From the NCBI GenBank assembly GCA_020632415.1, contig JACKFO010000002.1:578732-642731 (forward strand): a stretch of DNA of 64,000 nucleotides, read 5' to 3'. Shown piece by piece: positions 39,604 through 50,547 of this stretch. The position numbers and the translations under genes are program-made. The DNA is from Candidatus Nomurabacteria bacterium. Its GTDB lineage: Bacteria > Patescibacteriota > Patescibacteriia > UBA1558 > GWA2-36-10. Within the stretch, counting starts at the first letter, position 1. Every line of letters begins with the position of its first letter. The notes under the pieces were generated by a model, which saw only the letters and a list, made by a program, of their open reading frames with translations, was not told where the DNA came from and did not search any database.

Positions 39604-39703
39604 ATTTTTCTAAACTATAGAGGCATCATAGATTAATTTGCTAAATTTAGCAACTGACAAAATATCCATTCACTCTTTTTAAAAAATATGGTAAATTATA
39701 TGC

Positions 39704-40102
39704 ATGTTGGGCTTAAAAAAAGAATTAGAATTTTGGAGATTTTTATCTCACTTCTGGGGAATTTTGACCGCTTTATTTTTTTTAGTTAATTTCTTAAAAA
39801 TTTTAGATTTATCTCAGGCGATAAAAACTGTAGCCGTTATCTATATTGGAATTTTATCATTATTTACCACGACCAAAGAATTTGCTCGCTGGAAAAATAA
39901 AAAATTTCTTTCCAACCATAACGGAGAATTATTTATTTTCATCTGGACAATTTTGATTTTAATTTTTATTTTCTTTAATGTCAGTGATCCGATTAAATAC
40001 CAAATCCCTGGAGAATTCACAGCCACTTATTTATCGATCTTGGGCATTTTTGCTATTAGTCGCCAATCTCGTAATTTTAAAAACCACAACATAAATAATT
40101 AA
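39704..40102 (+). CDS. Hypothetical small membrane protein
   Basis: ORF with four hydrophobic helices. Confidence 0.4.
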   Translation: MLGLKKELEFWRFLSHFWGILTALFFLVNFLKILDLSQAIKTVAVIYIGILSLFTTTKEFARWKNKKFLSNHNGELFIFIWTILILIFIFFNVSDPIKYQIPGEFTATYLSILGIFAISRQSRNFKNHNINN

Positions 40103-40111
40103 TAAGAAAAG

Positions 40112-40498
40112 ATGAAGAAGACAATCGTTACTATTTTCAGCGCTGGCCTGTGGATTACATTTTCTGAATTTTTTAGAAATGAAATACTTCTCAAAAATTA
40201 TTGGACGGAACATTTTGAATCACTTGGTTTAACATTTACAACCACAGCAATCAATGGCCTGATCTGGCTTGTATGGAGTTTTTCCTTGGCTTATCTAATT
40301 TATCAATTGCTAAAAAAATTCGACACCAAAAAAACTATTTCTTTGGTGTGGCTCGGCATGTTTTGGATGATGTGGCTAACTATTTACAACTTACAAACAT
40401 TGCCACTAAAAATTTTGATTTTTGCCATTCCTTTAAGTTTATTAGAAATCATGATAGCCGTATTAATTATTCAAAAATTAAAAAAGTCTTTATTGTAA
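40112..40498 (+). CDS. Hypothetical small membrane protein
   Basis: ORF with three to four hydrophobic helices. Confidence 0.4.
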   Translation: MKKTIVTIFSAGLWITFSEFFRNEILLKNYWTEHFESLGLTFTTTAINGLIWLVWSFSLAYLIYQLLKKFDTKKTISLVWLGMFWMMWLTIYNLQTLPLKILIFAIPLSLLEIMIAVLIIQKLKKSLL

Positions 40499-40515
40499 CT
40501 AACATCTAAAAATTT

Positions 40516-40956
40516 ATGACAATATTTATCGGGGCAGATCATAATGGTTGGCAATTAAAAGAAAAAATTAAGCTCGCTCTACAAAAACAAAGGCACAAAG
40601 TTAGTGACCAAGGAAATTTAAGTTTCCAAGCAACAGATGATTATCCTGACTTTGCTAAAAAAGTAGCTTTGATGATCAAAAAAAATAAAAACTCCGTCGG
40701 AATTCTACTTTGTGGTAGCGGCCAGGGCATGTGCATGGCCATTAATCGTTTTGCGCATATTCGCGCGGTCGTGGCTCATTCAAAAAGCGCAATCAAAGCA
40801 GCTCGCCAAGATGAAGATGTTAACGTTATTTGTTTGCCTGCCAAAGAATTAAATCTCAAAAAATCCCAGGAGTTAATCAAAGTTTTTTTTGAAACTCCTT
40901 TCTCAAAATTACCACGTCATCAAAAAAGAATTAAAAAATTAAGTAGCCTCAAATAA
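40516..40956 (+). CDS. rpiB: Ribose-5-phosphate isomerase B
   Basis: IFIGADHNGWQLKEKI … LLCGSGQGMCMAINRFAHIRAV matches RpiB/LacAB. Confidence 0.85.
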   Translation: MTIFIGADHNGWQLKEKIKLALQKQRHKVSDQGNLSFQATDDYPDFAKKVALMIKKNKNSVGILLCGSGQGMCMAINRFAHIRAVVAHSKSAIKAARQDEDVNVICLPAKELNLKKSQELIKVFFETPFSKLPRHQKRIKKLSSLK

Positions 40957-40960
40957 ATCA

Positions 40961-41605
40961 ATGCCTCAAAAAATTCAAATCATCCCCTCGCTTTTGGCCT
41001 TTGACTTAAATGAATTAGAAAAACAATACAAAAAAGTTGCCAAAGAATTTCCTCTCCTCCAACTTGATATTATGGACGGCGAATTTGTAAAAACCAAAAA
41101 TAATTTTAGCCCGCGGAAGATTAAAAAAATTGTTAAGACTACAAATCTTGAACTACATCTGATGGTCAAGGATATCAATAGCTACATTGGACCTTGGGCG
41201 CATTTTAAAAACACCAAAAAAATTATTTGGCACTACGAAGCAAACTCTGACCCAGAGGATATTCAAGCCGCTTTAAAATGGTTGAAAAAAAACAAAATCA
41301 AAGCAGGCCTTGCGATTAATCCAAAAACTAAATTAAAAAATATTTTGTCTCTCATAAAAAAATTCGATACTATTCTGATTATGAGTGTTACTCCTGGTAA
41401 GCAAGGCCAAAAATTTGATAAAAAATCTTTGAGTAAAATAAAAAAATTAAGAAAAAAATTTCCCCAACTAAATATCGAAATTGACGGGGGCGTCAACGAA
41501 AAAAATTACAAAAAAATTAGCAAAGCTGGTGCAAACTTAATCGTCATCGGTAGCTATTTACAAGAAGCTGAAAACTTAAAAACAGCGATTGCAAACTTAA
41601 AATAA
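40961..41605 (+). CDS. rpe: Ribulose-phosphate 3-epimerase
   Basis: PSLLAFD…LDIMDGEFV…HLMV…IDGGVN pattern. Confidence 0.85.
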   Translation: MPQKIQIIPSLLAFDLNELEKQYKKVAKEFPLLQLDIMDGEFVKTKNNFSPRKIKKIVKTTNLELHLMVKDINSYIGPWAHFKNTKKIIWHYEANSDPEDIQAALKWLKKNKIKAGLAINPKTKLKNILSLIKKFDTILIMSVTPGKQGQKFDKKSLSKIKKLRKKFPQLNIEIDGGVNEKNYKKISKAGANLIVIGSYLQEAENLKTAIANLK

Positions 41606-41669
41606 ATTGAGCTAAAAAACAACCAGAAAAATTACTGGTTGTTTTTATTTTCTTTAAACTAAAATGTTT

Positions 41670-44585
41670 CTACCAATCCTTCAACTTAAAGCTTAAGTTA
41701 TCTAGGATTCTAGTATACCAGTATCTGACTGGGATGGTAATAATATCTTGCCATTTAAAGCCTAGAGATAAGAAAGTGTTTTGGTCTTTGATCCAGTATT
41801 CTATACCGTCTTGAACATAGAAGACTTGAGGATAAGAACCATGTTTTAATAATTGTCCACTAGGATGAATGTCTGAGCTAGTAATGTTTTCTCCTATTGT
41901 GTAGTAACTAAAGTCTTCTGCTGGTAAGTTAACTATTTTATTGAAGTCATAACCAAAGTCAGAGAAGATATTAGCACTTGTAATCCATCTTAGGGTTTTA
42001 TTAGGCTCTACAGCATAGACTTTGTTAGAATCTTGGAATTTAACTAGATTACCTGGTTTAACAGTAAGTCTTCCAAGGTAAGGATAGCTATTATTTAAAG
42101 TAACTTGGTCTAAGGTTTGAAGAGAGTTGAAGTTATTAAACCAAGTGTAGAAAGTAGCTAGGTTAGGGATATAGTATCTTTTACTTTCTTGGTTAATGTA
42201 ATAGACTCTAGGATCTTGGGAAGCTTTGGCTAGAAATCCTTGAGGATAAAGGATGTTAAGAGAGTTTGGAGTTGTAGTGGCTGGAGTATCTTCTTCTATT
42301 TGGCAGAGGTAGGAACAACCATCACCATTGTTAAGGTTTCCATCGTCACACGTTTCTCCTGTTTCTATGATGGAGTTACCACATACTATTGGAGGGTTCT
42401 CTGGTGGTGGAGGTGGGTTTATCTCTTCATTACCTCCTCCATTGTCACAAGCAGAGCAAGAGCCTCCACAGTCTATTCCTGTTTCATTGCCATTTTGGAT
42501 ATTGTCTGTACATGAAGCTGGTGGTGGGGTTTCTTGTTCTATTTGGCAACTTGAGGAACAACCATCGCCATTGTTAAGGTTTCCATCATCACAGGTTTCT
42601 CCACTTTCTAGGATGGAGTTGGAACATTGAGGGACGATCATGGCAATATTGTAAACGCCCATATCAGGCTGCGCTCCTGAAAAATAATTTGTTGCAAAAC
42701 CAGGCAAAGGATCATAAGCTTGGTCGTCAATATTAAAACTCTGAGAAATATCAATACCAGACTCTCTAGCTAGGCTGTCTTCAGGCAAAAGAAAATTCGG
42801 AATAATTGAAGCATCCCACATGTATGATCCATCTTCCAAAAAATTATGCTCCCCAAACCAAGGAGGCAAAGGGTCATAATAATAATGCTCTCCACCATCC
42901 CAATTATAATCAAAGCCACCAAATAAATTTGTTTGTTGAATTAATTCCCTATTTAAATAAACTGTTCTAAAAGCAGAAAAAATATTGTTTACAAATAAGA
43001 CATTAGGATACCCCTCTTGCTCAATATTACTTAGACCAGAAAACATTTTATAAGCACCAGTAAAACTATTGTGATAAATATAAAAATGTGGGTGTGTCGT
43101 TCCTGCTGGCCAATCATCTAGATTAATCCTATGAGCAAAAATATGAGAACTTACTCCTTGAGGATTATAAAATTTATTTCTATAAATATAAGCACTTCTT
43201 TCATTGTCGCCGACTTCATCGGTATGATGCAATCTTAAATTAATATTAGCGTCTTTTAAGAAATTATCATGAATTTCTGTATTTTTACAATAAGAAATTT
43301 GTAGAATATTTATACTAGAACCACCCTCGATGTCATTAGTATAAATTTTGATTCCATCCATAGTATGTGTTGCATCACCCCAGATAGAAATGCCAATCAA
43401 ATTATTTCTTAACTGATTACTATATACTTCATTATAATCCCCTGCTGACTGCATAGCTATGCCATAATCAAAAGTACCGCCTGGACCAAACCAATATTTA
43501 TACATAATATAAAAAGCCTCTTTGACTAGAAAATCATACCTCTGCTCTTCGTTCCAGCCATCACTATGACGATCATCCCAAGCACCTGGCTGATAATTAG
43601 ATAAAAATTTTGGATTTAAATAATTGTCGTAAATATAATTATAAGAAGTTTGATGTCCAGTAAGATAAATTCTTCTAGACCCACCATAAATAGAATTATT
43701 TCTAATATGATTAAATTGCGCACCATTATTCAGGCTCACTCCATTTTCTCCGCCATAAATTTTAAAACCCTGAATAACGACATTGTATGCTCCATTGATA
43801 TTAATCGTTGAATCACCTTGATAATTAAATTTTAAATTCTCATTGTTTGGGTTTCTATTATCCCTAAAATGAAGATATAAATAATCTCCCTCATTACCAA
43901 ACAAAGCTTCCGTTGGATCCCAATAATCAATTAAATCATCGGGGTCAGCATGATAATGCAAATGTGTCTGTTGACCATCTTGGTAAGCTATCATTTCAAA
44001 ACCAGTATGTTCAGATAAATCATCTGCTTGAGCATTAACCAGATGAGAATCATCCATTATTGAACTTAAATCCTGATAAAAACCGGGAATTTTTTTATAG
44101 CTTGCTCCCTCTCCAATTGACATCACTCTCACTGGAACATCATTCTCTTTCATAATTTTCCAAACACCTATCCCGACTTCTGGTGCTTGCACCCAAGCAT
44201 GTTCTGAAAATCTTCCGCCATCAATAATTACTTCACCATCTGATTGAAAAATAATTGGCTCTTCTACTGTTCCCGACATAGTTATCTCAATCCTCTCATT
44301 ATATGTTCCTTGATGAACAATAACCGTGTCTCCAGCCGTAACGGTATCAGCAGCTTTTTGAATACTTCTCCATGGATTATCAGATGTCCCTAATCCTGAC
44401 ACATCACTACCAGAAACAGAAACATGGTAAGTATTAGCACTATCCGCCTTAGCAAAAAATGATGTATCTGAATTTTTAATGGAATAGCTAAACCAAATAT
44501 TAAACAAAGACAAAACAAAGATCGCCAGAACACTGACAATCATCCTATTTTTTAAAGTATCTTCAATTAGCTTAAAATGTTTCAT
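41670..44585 (-). CDS. Giant surface protein (971 aa): right-handed parallel beta-helix repeats, two Cys-rich CxxxxGExCDDGNxxxGDGC repeats, and a shared ~250 aa C-terminal domain
   Basis: N-terminal TM/signal anchor. PbH1-like repeats (NNSIYGG, HDNFL, NNIF). Myxococcus-type cysteine-rich repeats. A poly-Pro linker. The C-terminal 330 aa are near-identical to those of the next gene. Confidence 0.8.
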   Translation of the reverse strand: MKHFKLIEDTLKNRMIVSVLAIFVLSLFNIWFSYSIKNSDTSFFAKADSANTYHVSVSGSDVSGLGTSDNPWRSIQKAADTVTAGDTVIVHQGTYNERIEITMSGTVEEPIIFQSDGEVIIDGGRFSEHAWVQAPEVGIGVWKIMKENDVPVRVMSIGEGASYKKIPGFYQDLSSIMDDSHLVNAQADDLSEHTGFEMIAYQDGQQTHLHYHADPDDLIDYWDPTEALFGNEGDYLYLHFRDNRNPNNENLKFNYQGDSTININGAYNVVIQGFKIYGGENGVSLNNGAQFNHIRNNSIYGGSRRIYLTGHQTSYNYIYDNYLNPKFLSNYQPGAWDDRHSDGWNEEQRYDFLVKEAFYIMYKYWFGPGGTFDYGIAMQSAGDYNEVYSNQLRNNLIGISIWGDATHTMDGIKIYTNDIEGGSSINILQISYCKNTEIHDNFLKDANINLRLHHTDEVGDNERSAYIYRNKFYNPQGVSSHIFAHRINLDDWPAGTTHPHFYIYHNSFTGAYKMFSGLSNIEQEGYPNVLFVNNIFSAFRTVYLNRELIQQTNLFGGFDYNWDGGEHYYYDPLPPWFGEHNFLEDGSYMWDASIIPNFLLPEDSLARESGIDISQSFNIDDQAYDPLPGFATNYFSGAQPDMGVYNIAMIVPQCSNSILESGETCDDGNLNNGDGCSSSCQIEQETPPPASCTDNIQNGNETGIDCGGSCSACDNGGGNEEINPPPPPENPPIVCGNSIIETGETCDDGNLNNGDGCSYLCQIEEDTPATTTPNSLNILYPQGFLAKASQDPRVYYINQESKRYYIPNLATFYTWFNNFNSLQTLDQVTLNNSYPYLGRLTVKPGNLVKFQDSNKVYAVEPNKTLRWITSANIFSDFGYDFNKIVNLPAEDFSYYTIGENITSSDIHPSGQLLKHGSYPQVFYVQDGIEYWIKDQNTFLSLGFKWQDIITIPVRYWYTRILDNLSFKLKDW

Positions 44586-44675
44586 TTTACTTCTTTATTT
44601 TAACATTTTATAACATTTTAAAAAAGAGTCCCGTCTGACGGAGACTCTTTTTATTTTCTTTAAACTAAAATGTTT

Positions 44676-47600
44676 CTACCAATCCTTCAACTTAAAGCTT
44701 AAGTTATCTAGGATTCTAGTATACCAGTATCTGACTGGGATGGTAATAATATCTTGCCATTTAAAGCCTAGAGATAAAAAAGTGTTTTGGTCTTTGATCC
44801 AGTATTCTATACCGTCTTGAACATAGAAGACTTGAGGGTAAGAACCATGCTTTAATAATTGTCCACTAGGGTGAATATCTGAAGTAGTAATGTTTTCTCC
44901 TATTGTGTAGTAACTAAAGTCTTCTTGAGGAAGATGGATGATTTTATTAAAGTCATAACCAAAGTCAGAGAAGATATTGCCACTTGTAATCCATCTTAGG
45001 GTTTTTTCTGGTTCTATTGCATAGACTTTGTTAGAGTCTTGGAATTTAACTAGATTACCTGGTTTAACAGTAAGTCTTCCTTCGTATGGATAGCTATTAT
45101 TTAAAGTAACTTGGTCAATGACTTGAAGAGAGTTAAAGTTGTTAAACCAAGTGTAGAAAGTAGTAAGGTTAGGGATGTAATATCTTTTACTTTCTTGGTT
45201 AATGTAATATACCCTAGGGTCGTTAGGCGCTTTGGCTAGAAAGCCTTGAGCTTTTAAAACATTAATTGAGTTAGTGGTTGATGTCGCTTGATTGTCTTCT
45301 TCTATTTGACAGAGGTAGGAACATCCATCTCCATTGTTAAGGTTTCCATCGTCACACGTTTCTCCACTCTCTTGGATAGAGTTGCCACAAGCTATTGGAG
45401 GGTTCTCTGGTGGAGGTGGTGGTTGGTTTCCTCCTCCGTTGTCACAAGCAGGGCAAGAACCTCCACAGTCTATTCCTGTTTCATTACCATTTTGGATATT
45501 GTCTGTACATGAAGCTGGTGGTGGGGTTTCTTGTTCTATCTGGCAAGTTGAGGAACAACCATCACCATTGTTAAGGTTTCCATCGTCACAGGTTTCTCCA
45601 CTTTCTAGGATGGAGTTGGAACAAGTTGGGCCTGAGGCATATTCTAAAAGTCCAATGTCTGGAGCAAAGCCTTGGAAGTTGTTGGTGTTTACTCCACTGA
45701 TTAACATTCCTTGATCAATGGCTGGAGAATTAGATTGAAGAGTAAAGTTTTCTTGAGAGAAATTAGTAAACAATGGGTTAGTTTGGAGAGAAAGTGATTC
45801 TTGAGAAGAATGTGTTTTATAATCTGCAAAAACATATTCTGCGGTACTAGAATCCCCCAAATCCTGATAAACAAATTTTACCTCACTAGCATTTGGCGCA
45901 TAATACAAATTATTGTTGTAAGTATTAAGAGAATGATCAACATCGTAAGCTAAGCTTGCTGGAATTACTTTGTAAGGACTTGTCGAATAAAAAATATTAT
46001 TAGCAATCGTGTTGTCACGAACGTTATCGCCATCCGGAGCATCCATGTCGGCATAGACTTTAAGACCGTATTTAAAATCTCCGACAAAAATGTTATGAGC
46101 AATCGTGTTATTAATGCTGTAGGCCCAAGTCAAATCTGGATCAGTACCATCTGAATTTTCTAAAATAACCGCTGGGTAAGTAGAATTATCTTTTTCAGTT
46201 AAAATATCCAGAAATTTATTATAAATAGCAACGTTATTTTGACCAGCGTCAATATGCAAGCCAATTCCATATGGTGTATAAAATGTATTATTTTGCACCA
46301 AACTATCATCAGTGTCCGAAAGCCAAATTCCCGTTACCCAGCCTGGCGCAAAATAAGCTGGGTCTTCAACGATGTTATTATGAATATTAATTCGAGCTAC
46401 ACGATAATCAGCGGTGCCCTCTAGCAACATTCCATTTCCTCCTGCTCTAACAATGTGATTATTATAAACTTCAATATCTGAAGCATTGTGAATTGATAAT
46501 GAGGAGGCTAAATTAAACAAACCATTACCCTCGTGATAATTATCATGAATTGAAAGATCTTTGGTGTAGTAAGTCAAAGTGCCGCAGCTACCATTATTAA
46601 TAAATTGATTATTATAAATCTCCGAATTTACTGAATGATATTGACTACCATTAACACCAAAATTTGGACCATAATAATACAAACCAATTCCCCCGTTATT
46701 CTCTGCCAAAGAATTTTTAAAAATAATATTTTCATTATAATGTTCCGTGGTATAGTTTGGATTATAATAGGCATAAAAATAAGCTCCCGTCGAACCATTG
46801 TTATAAATATGTAAATCATCAAAAACTAGATCATGATTTCCTTCAATATCACGACTAGTTGTTTTTGTATAGACATATAACCCAATACTACCAGCGTAAC
46901 GAATATCAAAATTTCTAAATTCGATGTGATAAGATTCGTATTCTCCATTGGTTCCAAAATAAACAGCCGTTGAACGAGATGGTATTTCTACAATATGTGC
47001 CGAAGGATGACCTCCTGAAATGGTTCTAACATAGACATAGTCCGGATCCTCTGATTGTTCGCCCAATTGATACAAATATTCTCCCGCTGAATCTAAAAGA
47101 TTAAGATTATCAATCAAATGATAGGGACTCGTATCAGTCGGATCTCCATATTTAAAACTTTCATCCGGATTAGTCAATAAAAAATCATTTTCATTAGGAT
47201 CAGTAGAAAAAGTAGCAGTGCTAGTTTCTCGATCATAAGCAACGATCTTAGCTTTTTTATGCCAAAGATACTCGGTCATTATTTCTGCCCAAGAACCAAT
47301 GATTTTTTCATCAGGCAAAACATTCAGATCTGAATCGATCAAATATTCCCTAGTAAACATTGAGCTCTCTAATCTGTCTAAGTTATCTTCTGGATAACGA
47401 GCTGAATACAAAACCTGACCATCTTCAAAAACACCGCGATAGGCATCCTCGCTGTTGACCAAAGTTGTTCGATAAAGGCCATTGCCCATGTCTTCCCAAG
47501 CAGTTTTTAAAACTCCAGCCGAAAAGATAACCTCTTCATCTTGATACCCTTCGATCTTATTAGGTCTGCCAGCAACCCCATTTGGCCAATAATAAGAAGT

Positions 47601-47921
47601 CAAATAATCACGATAAATGCCCTCCCGAAAATAAATGGTATTACCACCGGTTTGAATTTCTCCGCTAGATTGCTTGGTTTGTATCGCCTTTAATCCGACA
47701 GTCGATCTCGACCAAGCAGAATAGCCAGTGTTGATTTGAGTACAACTACGAGTACTTGGGCTATAATTATCTTGCAAACAATCCTCAGTTAAATTTTGAT
47801 CAATAAAAAAAGTTTTACTGACCAGCGCTGCTTTCAATAAAACCAGAGAACTAACAGCCGCACCAAAAAATAGGGCGACTACCGATAATAATATAATTTT
47901 TCTGAGATTAAGCCTCTTCAT
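44676..47921 (-). CDS. Giant surface protein (1081 aa), a paralog of the previous gene with a divergent beta-helix N-terminal part and a near-identical C-terminal module
   Basis: Signal anchor and many beta-helix repeats (NNQFINNG, HDNYHEGNG, NNHIV…). The same CDDGN repeats and C-terminal domain ending ILDNLSFKLKDW. Confidence 0.8.
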   Translation of the reverse strand: MKRLNLRKIILLSVVALFFGAAVSSLVLLKAALVSKTFFIDQNLTEDCLQDNYSPSTRSCTQINTGYSAWSRSTVGLKAIQTKQSSGEIQTGGNTIYFREGIYRDYLTSYYWPNGVAGRPNKIEGYQDEEVIFSAGVLKTAWEDMGNGLYRTTLVNSEDAYRGVFEDGQVLYSARYPEDNLDRLESSMFTREYLIDSDLNVLPDEKIIGSWAEIMTEYLWHKKAKIVAYDRETSTATFSTDPNENDFLLTNPDESFKYGDPTDTSPYHLIDNLNLLDSAGEYLYQLGEQSEDPDYVYVRTISGGHPSAHIVEIPSRSTAVYFGTNGEYESYHIEFRNFDIRYAGSIGLYVYTKTTSRDIEGNHDLVFDDLHIYNNGSTGAYFYAYYNPNYTTEHYNENIIFKNSLAENNGGIGLYYYGPNFGVNGSQYHSVNSEIYNNQFINNGSCGTLTYYTKDLSIHDNYHEGNGLFNLASSLSIHNASDIEVYNNHIVRAGGNGMLLEGTADYRVARINIHNNIVEDPAYFAPGWVTGIWLSDTDDSLVQNNTFYTPYGIGLHIDAGQNNVAIYNKFLDILTEKDNSTYPAVILENSDGTDPDLTWAYSINNTIAHNIFVGDFKYGLKVYADMDAPDGDNVRDNTIANNIFYSTSPYKVIPASLAYDVDHSLNTYNNNLYYAPNASEVKFVYQDLGDSSTAEYVFADYKTHSSQESLSLQTNPLFTNFSQENFTLQSNSPAIDQGMLISGVNTNNFQGFAPDIGLLEYASGPTCSNSILESGETCDDGNLNNGDGCSSTCQIEQETPPPASCTDNIQNGNETGIDCGGSCPACDNGGGNQPPPPPENPPIACGNSIQESGETCDDGNLNNGDGCSYLCQIEEDNQATSTTNSINVLKAQGFLAKAPNDPRVYYINQESKRYYIPNLTTFYTWFNNFNSLQVIDQVTLNNSYPYEGRLTVKPGNLVKFQDSNKVYAIEPEKTLRWITSGNIFSDFGYDFNKIIHLPQEDFSYYTIGENITTSDIHPSGQLLKHGSYPQVFYVQDGIEYWIKDQNTFLSLGFKWQDIITIPVRYWYTRILDNLSFKLKDW

Positions 47922-47940
47922 TAATTTAACTGGGAAATTA

Positions 47941-50547
47941 TTATTCTCCTGCTCGATGACGTTTAATAAAAAAAATCAGTCCTGAACTCACAAGAACCGC
48001 CAAGAAGGCTCCTAGGATATAATAAAATAAATTACCATTGCCCTGATCAGTTTTTGGCAAAAGCTGTTTTAAATAATTATTAGAATCCGTCTTCATAGAC
48101 TCCTTAACTAATAAAGAGCGTGGATTTGACTGTTTCAAAATTTTACCATCTTGATCATTGACGGCCAAATAGATTTCATGCTCCCCTTCAGCTAAAGCTG
48201 AATTCAAAGAATAGGACCAAGCTCCAGACTGATCGCTCTTGGTGCTCAAAACCAAAGGTAAATCACTATAAATATAAATAGTTAGCCAAACATCAGGGTC
48301 AACTGTTCCGGATAACTCTAGACTTTGATCATCTTTAAACTCTGTTTTTATTTGCCAAGCACTTTCAATTGCTGCTCTTTTAATTTTTGCTTGTTCCAAA
48401 GAAGCCCCGGCTAAAACGAGTTCCGCGAAATTGCTAAATTTCTCTTCTAATTGACCACTGCCATTAGGATTGTAAGAATTTTTTATTTCTACCAAATCTG
48501 AATAACCATCAGCGTCAGAATCCTGATTTAATGGATCAGTAGCAAAATATTTTTCCAAGTCATCAGGCAAACCGTCCTGATCAGAATCAAGCATCAGCAC
48601 TGCTGCTGGCACATCCTCCAAAACGCTCTCTTTACTTAAAACCGTAGCTTTCTGAGAATTAAAAACCAAAACTGACTGTTCTTTAGCTAAAACTGGATCT
48701 AAAGATAAATTTTTAGCACCAAATAAAGCCTCATTTAATTCCCCTATCTTTGTTGTTTTTCCTAAAAATGGGACTAAATCTTGATTTAATTTTTCTTGTT
48801 CTAGTTTTCTAACCACCAAACGATTCAAGTATTCTTCGGCCAAAATTTTCTGACATGAATTTGTATCACCAGAAGCACAAGTAACATCTGAAGCATAAGT
48901 TTCTAAAAGATAATTATGGCAAGCTTGCCGATCAAAGAGTTGCTGTTCTTGGCATTTCAAATCAACGACCGTCCGATTTAAATAATCTTCACAGGAATTA
49001 ACCTCATCTATTCCTTCATCTAAACAAATTTGGTCAAGATCAGCTCCTCCTAAATTTTCTTCTTTTTTAATTTGCTCAAGGCCCTCTTCTTGTTTCTGAC
49101 ATTTACCGACAACGCAAGAGCAGCTTCCTCTCGGAATTGCCGCACAGTCAACTACTGGTAGTTCACTTTGAGCATAGCAACCGCTACACAAATTTACACA
49201 ATCAGCATCTACTTGGCAGAGAGCAGGCTTTTCTTCCTGATCGTCTTTTTCGTCAACTACAGCAGCTTGACTTTGCTCTGATTCATTGTCCTGATCATCT
49301 TCGCTTTCAATAGCTGGTGAGGCCAGAGACAAATTTTCTTCAGACTGTAAAGCTAAATTTAAAACAAAATCTTCTTCATAAACTACTCCGCTAGAATCAG
49401 TAGCAATCGCCGCCAAAATATAAACCCCATCAATAAAATCTTGATCCAAAACAACGCTCTTGTTCCAATGAAGGCCATCAAATTTACTAATCGAATATTC
49501 ATCACCGATCGAAGCATCATCTTCTTTAACTAACAAAAAACCAAAATCATTAGCAATAAAATTACTTCTAAACTCAAAACTTAATTCCGGATGACTTACA
49601 AAACTATTATCCTGAGGACTAAGTAAGCTGATCTGATAATTTTCTGGGTTGCTTTCTAAATTTAAAATTTCCTCTTCACTCAAATGTTGATTTTCGTCTA
49701 TCTTGTTTTCTGTAATTTCAAAAATTAGCGGTTGATTTAAATAATTTAAATTTTGATTTAACCAAACAACCAGATAGTATTCTCCAAGTGGATAGTTTTT
49801 TATCTCGCCAAAATTAGCGCCATACAAAACTGGATCATTATTAATCATTGTTAACTCAAAATTTGTAAACAAATCTCCCTCAATGTTATACAAACTTGCT
49901 CCCAAAATTTCATCTGCATTTAAAGCTCGATTTAAGCTTAATTCTATGGGAAAATTATCTTGATTAATATTTTCTTGAACGCTTGGAGAGCTTAAGTTGA
50001 TTAATAATTCTGTTGCTAAGTCAGCAAGCTTATTCGAATCGTCTGACTCCTCTGTTTTTGTTTCTTCTGAGATATTTTGATCAGTCGTAGCATCTTTTGA
50101 CTCAGCGGCAATAACGATTTCACCAGATAAGCTTATCTTCACTTCTGGCGAAACTTTAAATATTACTAAATTTCCTGCTGAGTCATAGCTACTGGCTTGG
50201 GCTGACAAAAAATAATCGCCAGCCAGAAAAGAGCTGGTATCCCAAAAGCTATCAGCAGACCAAAAACCATCCTCGTCTAAAAAAGCTTGCCATTGCAACT
50301 CAAAAGATTTATTCTGATCTTTGACTACAAAATTAAAAGTATCAAAATCTTCTACGTCAAAATTTCTTCCCTGCAATTTTACTAATTCTCCGACTTGAAA
50401 ATGATCAGCGCTTAAAACAAATTGAAAATTCAACTGTTGAGTATTGTCATAAGCAGCCCGAGTAGTCACAAAAACAATACCTTGAGTAAAAACTAGTAAA
50501 AAAATAAATATTTTAAATAAAAAGTGATTGATTTTTTCCGTAATCAT
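47941..50547 (-). CDS. Large surface protein (868 aa) with an N-terminal signal, thrombospondin-type-3-like DxDxDG calcium-binding motifs, a Cys-rich segment and a C-terminal TM anchor
   Basis: DSDQDGLPDD…DSDADGYSD; CQVDADCVNLCSGC…; C-terminal LFYYILGAFLAVLVSSGLIFFIKRHR. Confidence 0.7.
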   Translation of the reverse strand: MITEKINHFLFKIFIFLLVFTQGIVFVTTRAAYDNTQQLNFQFVLSADHFQVGELVKLQGRNFDVEDFDTFNFVVKDQNKSFELQWQAFLDEDGFWSADSFWDTSSFLAGDYFLSAQASSYDSAGNLVIFKVSPEVKISLSGEIVIAAESKDATTDQNISEETKTEESDDSNKLADLATELLINLSSPSVQENINQDNFPIELSLNRALNADEILGASLYNIEGDLFTNFELTMINNDPVLYGANFGEIKNYPLGEYYLVVWLNQNLNYLNQPLIFEITENKIDENQHLSEEEILNLESNPENYQISLLSPQDNSFVSHPELSFEFRSNFIANDFGFLLVKEDDASIGDEYSISKFDGLHWNKSVVLDQDFIDGVYILAAIATDSSGVVYEEDFVLNLALQSEENLSLASPAIESEDDQDNESEQSQAAVVDEKDDQEEKPALCQVDADCVNLCSGCYAQSELPVVDCAAIPRGSCSCVVGKCQKQEEGLEQIKKEENLGGADLDQICLDEGIDEVNSCEDYLNRTVVDLKCQEQQLFDRQACHNYLLETYASDVTCASGDTNSCQKILAEEYLNRLVVRKLEQEKLNQDLVPFLGKTTKIGELNEALFGAKNLSLDPVLAKEQSVLVFNSQKATVLSKESVLEDVPAAVLMLDSDQDGLPDDLEKYFATDPLNQDSDADGYSDLVEIKNSYNPNGSGQLEEKFSNFAELVLAGASLEQAKIKRAAIESAWQIKTEFKDDQSLELSGTVDPDVWLTIYIYSDLPLVLSTKSDQSGAWSYSLNSALAEGEHEIYLAVNDQDGKILKQSNPRSLLVKESMKTDSNNYLKQLLPKTDQGNGNLFYYILGAFLAVLVSSGLIFFIKRHRAGE

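Noticed and set aside
41670-50547. Possibility that the Cys-rich/poly-Pro repeats are CRISPR or tandem DNA repeats
   Set aside because: The repetition is at the protein-domain level inside long ORFs. There are no short regularly spaced direct repeats, and no CRISPR array is detectable anywhere in the window.
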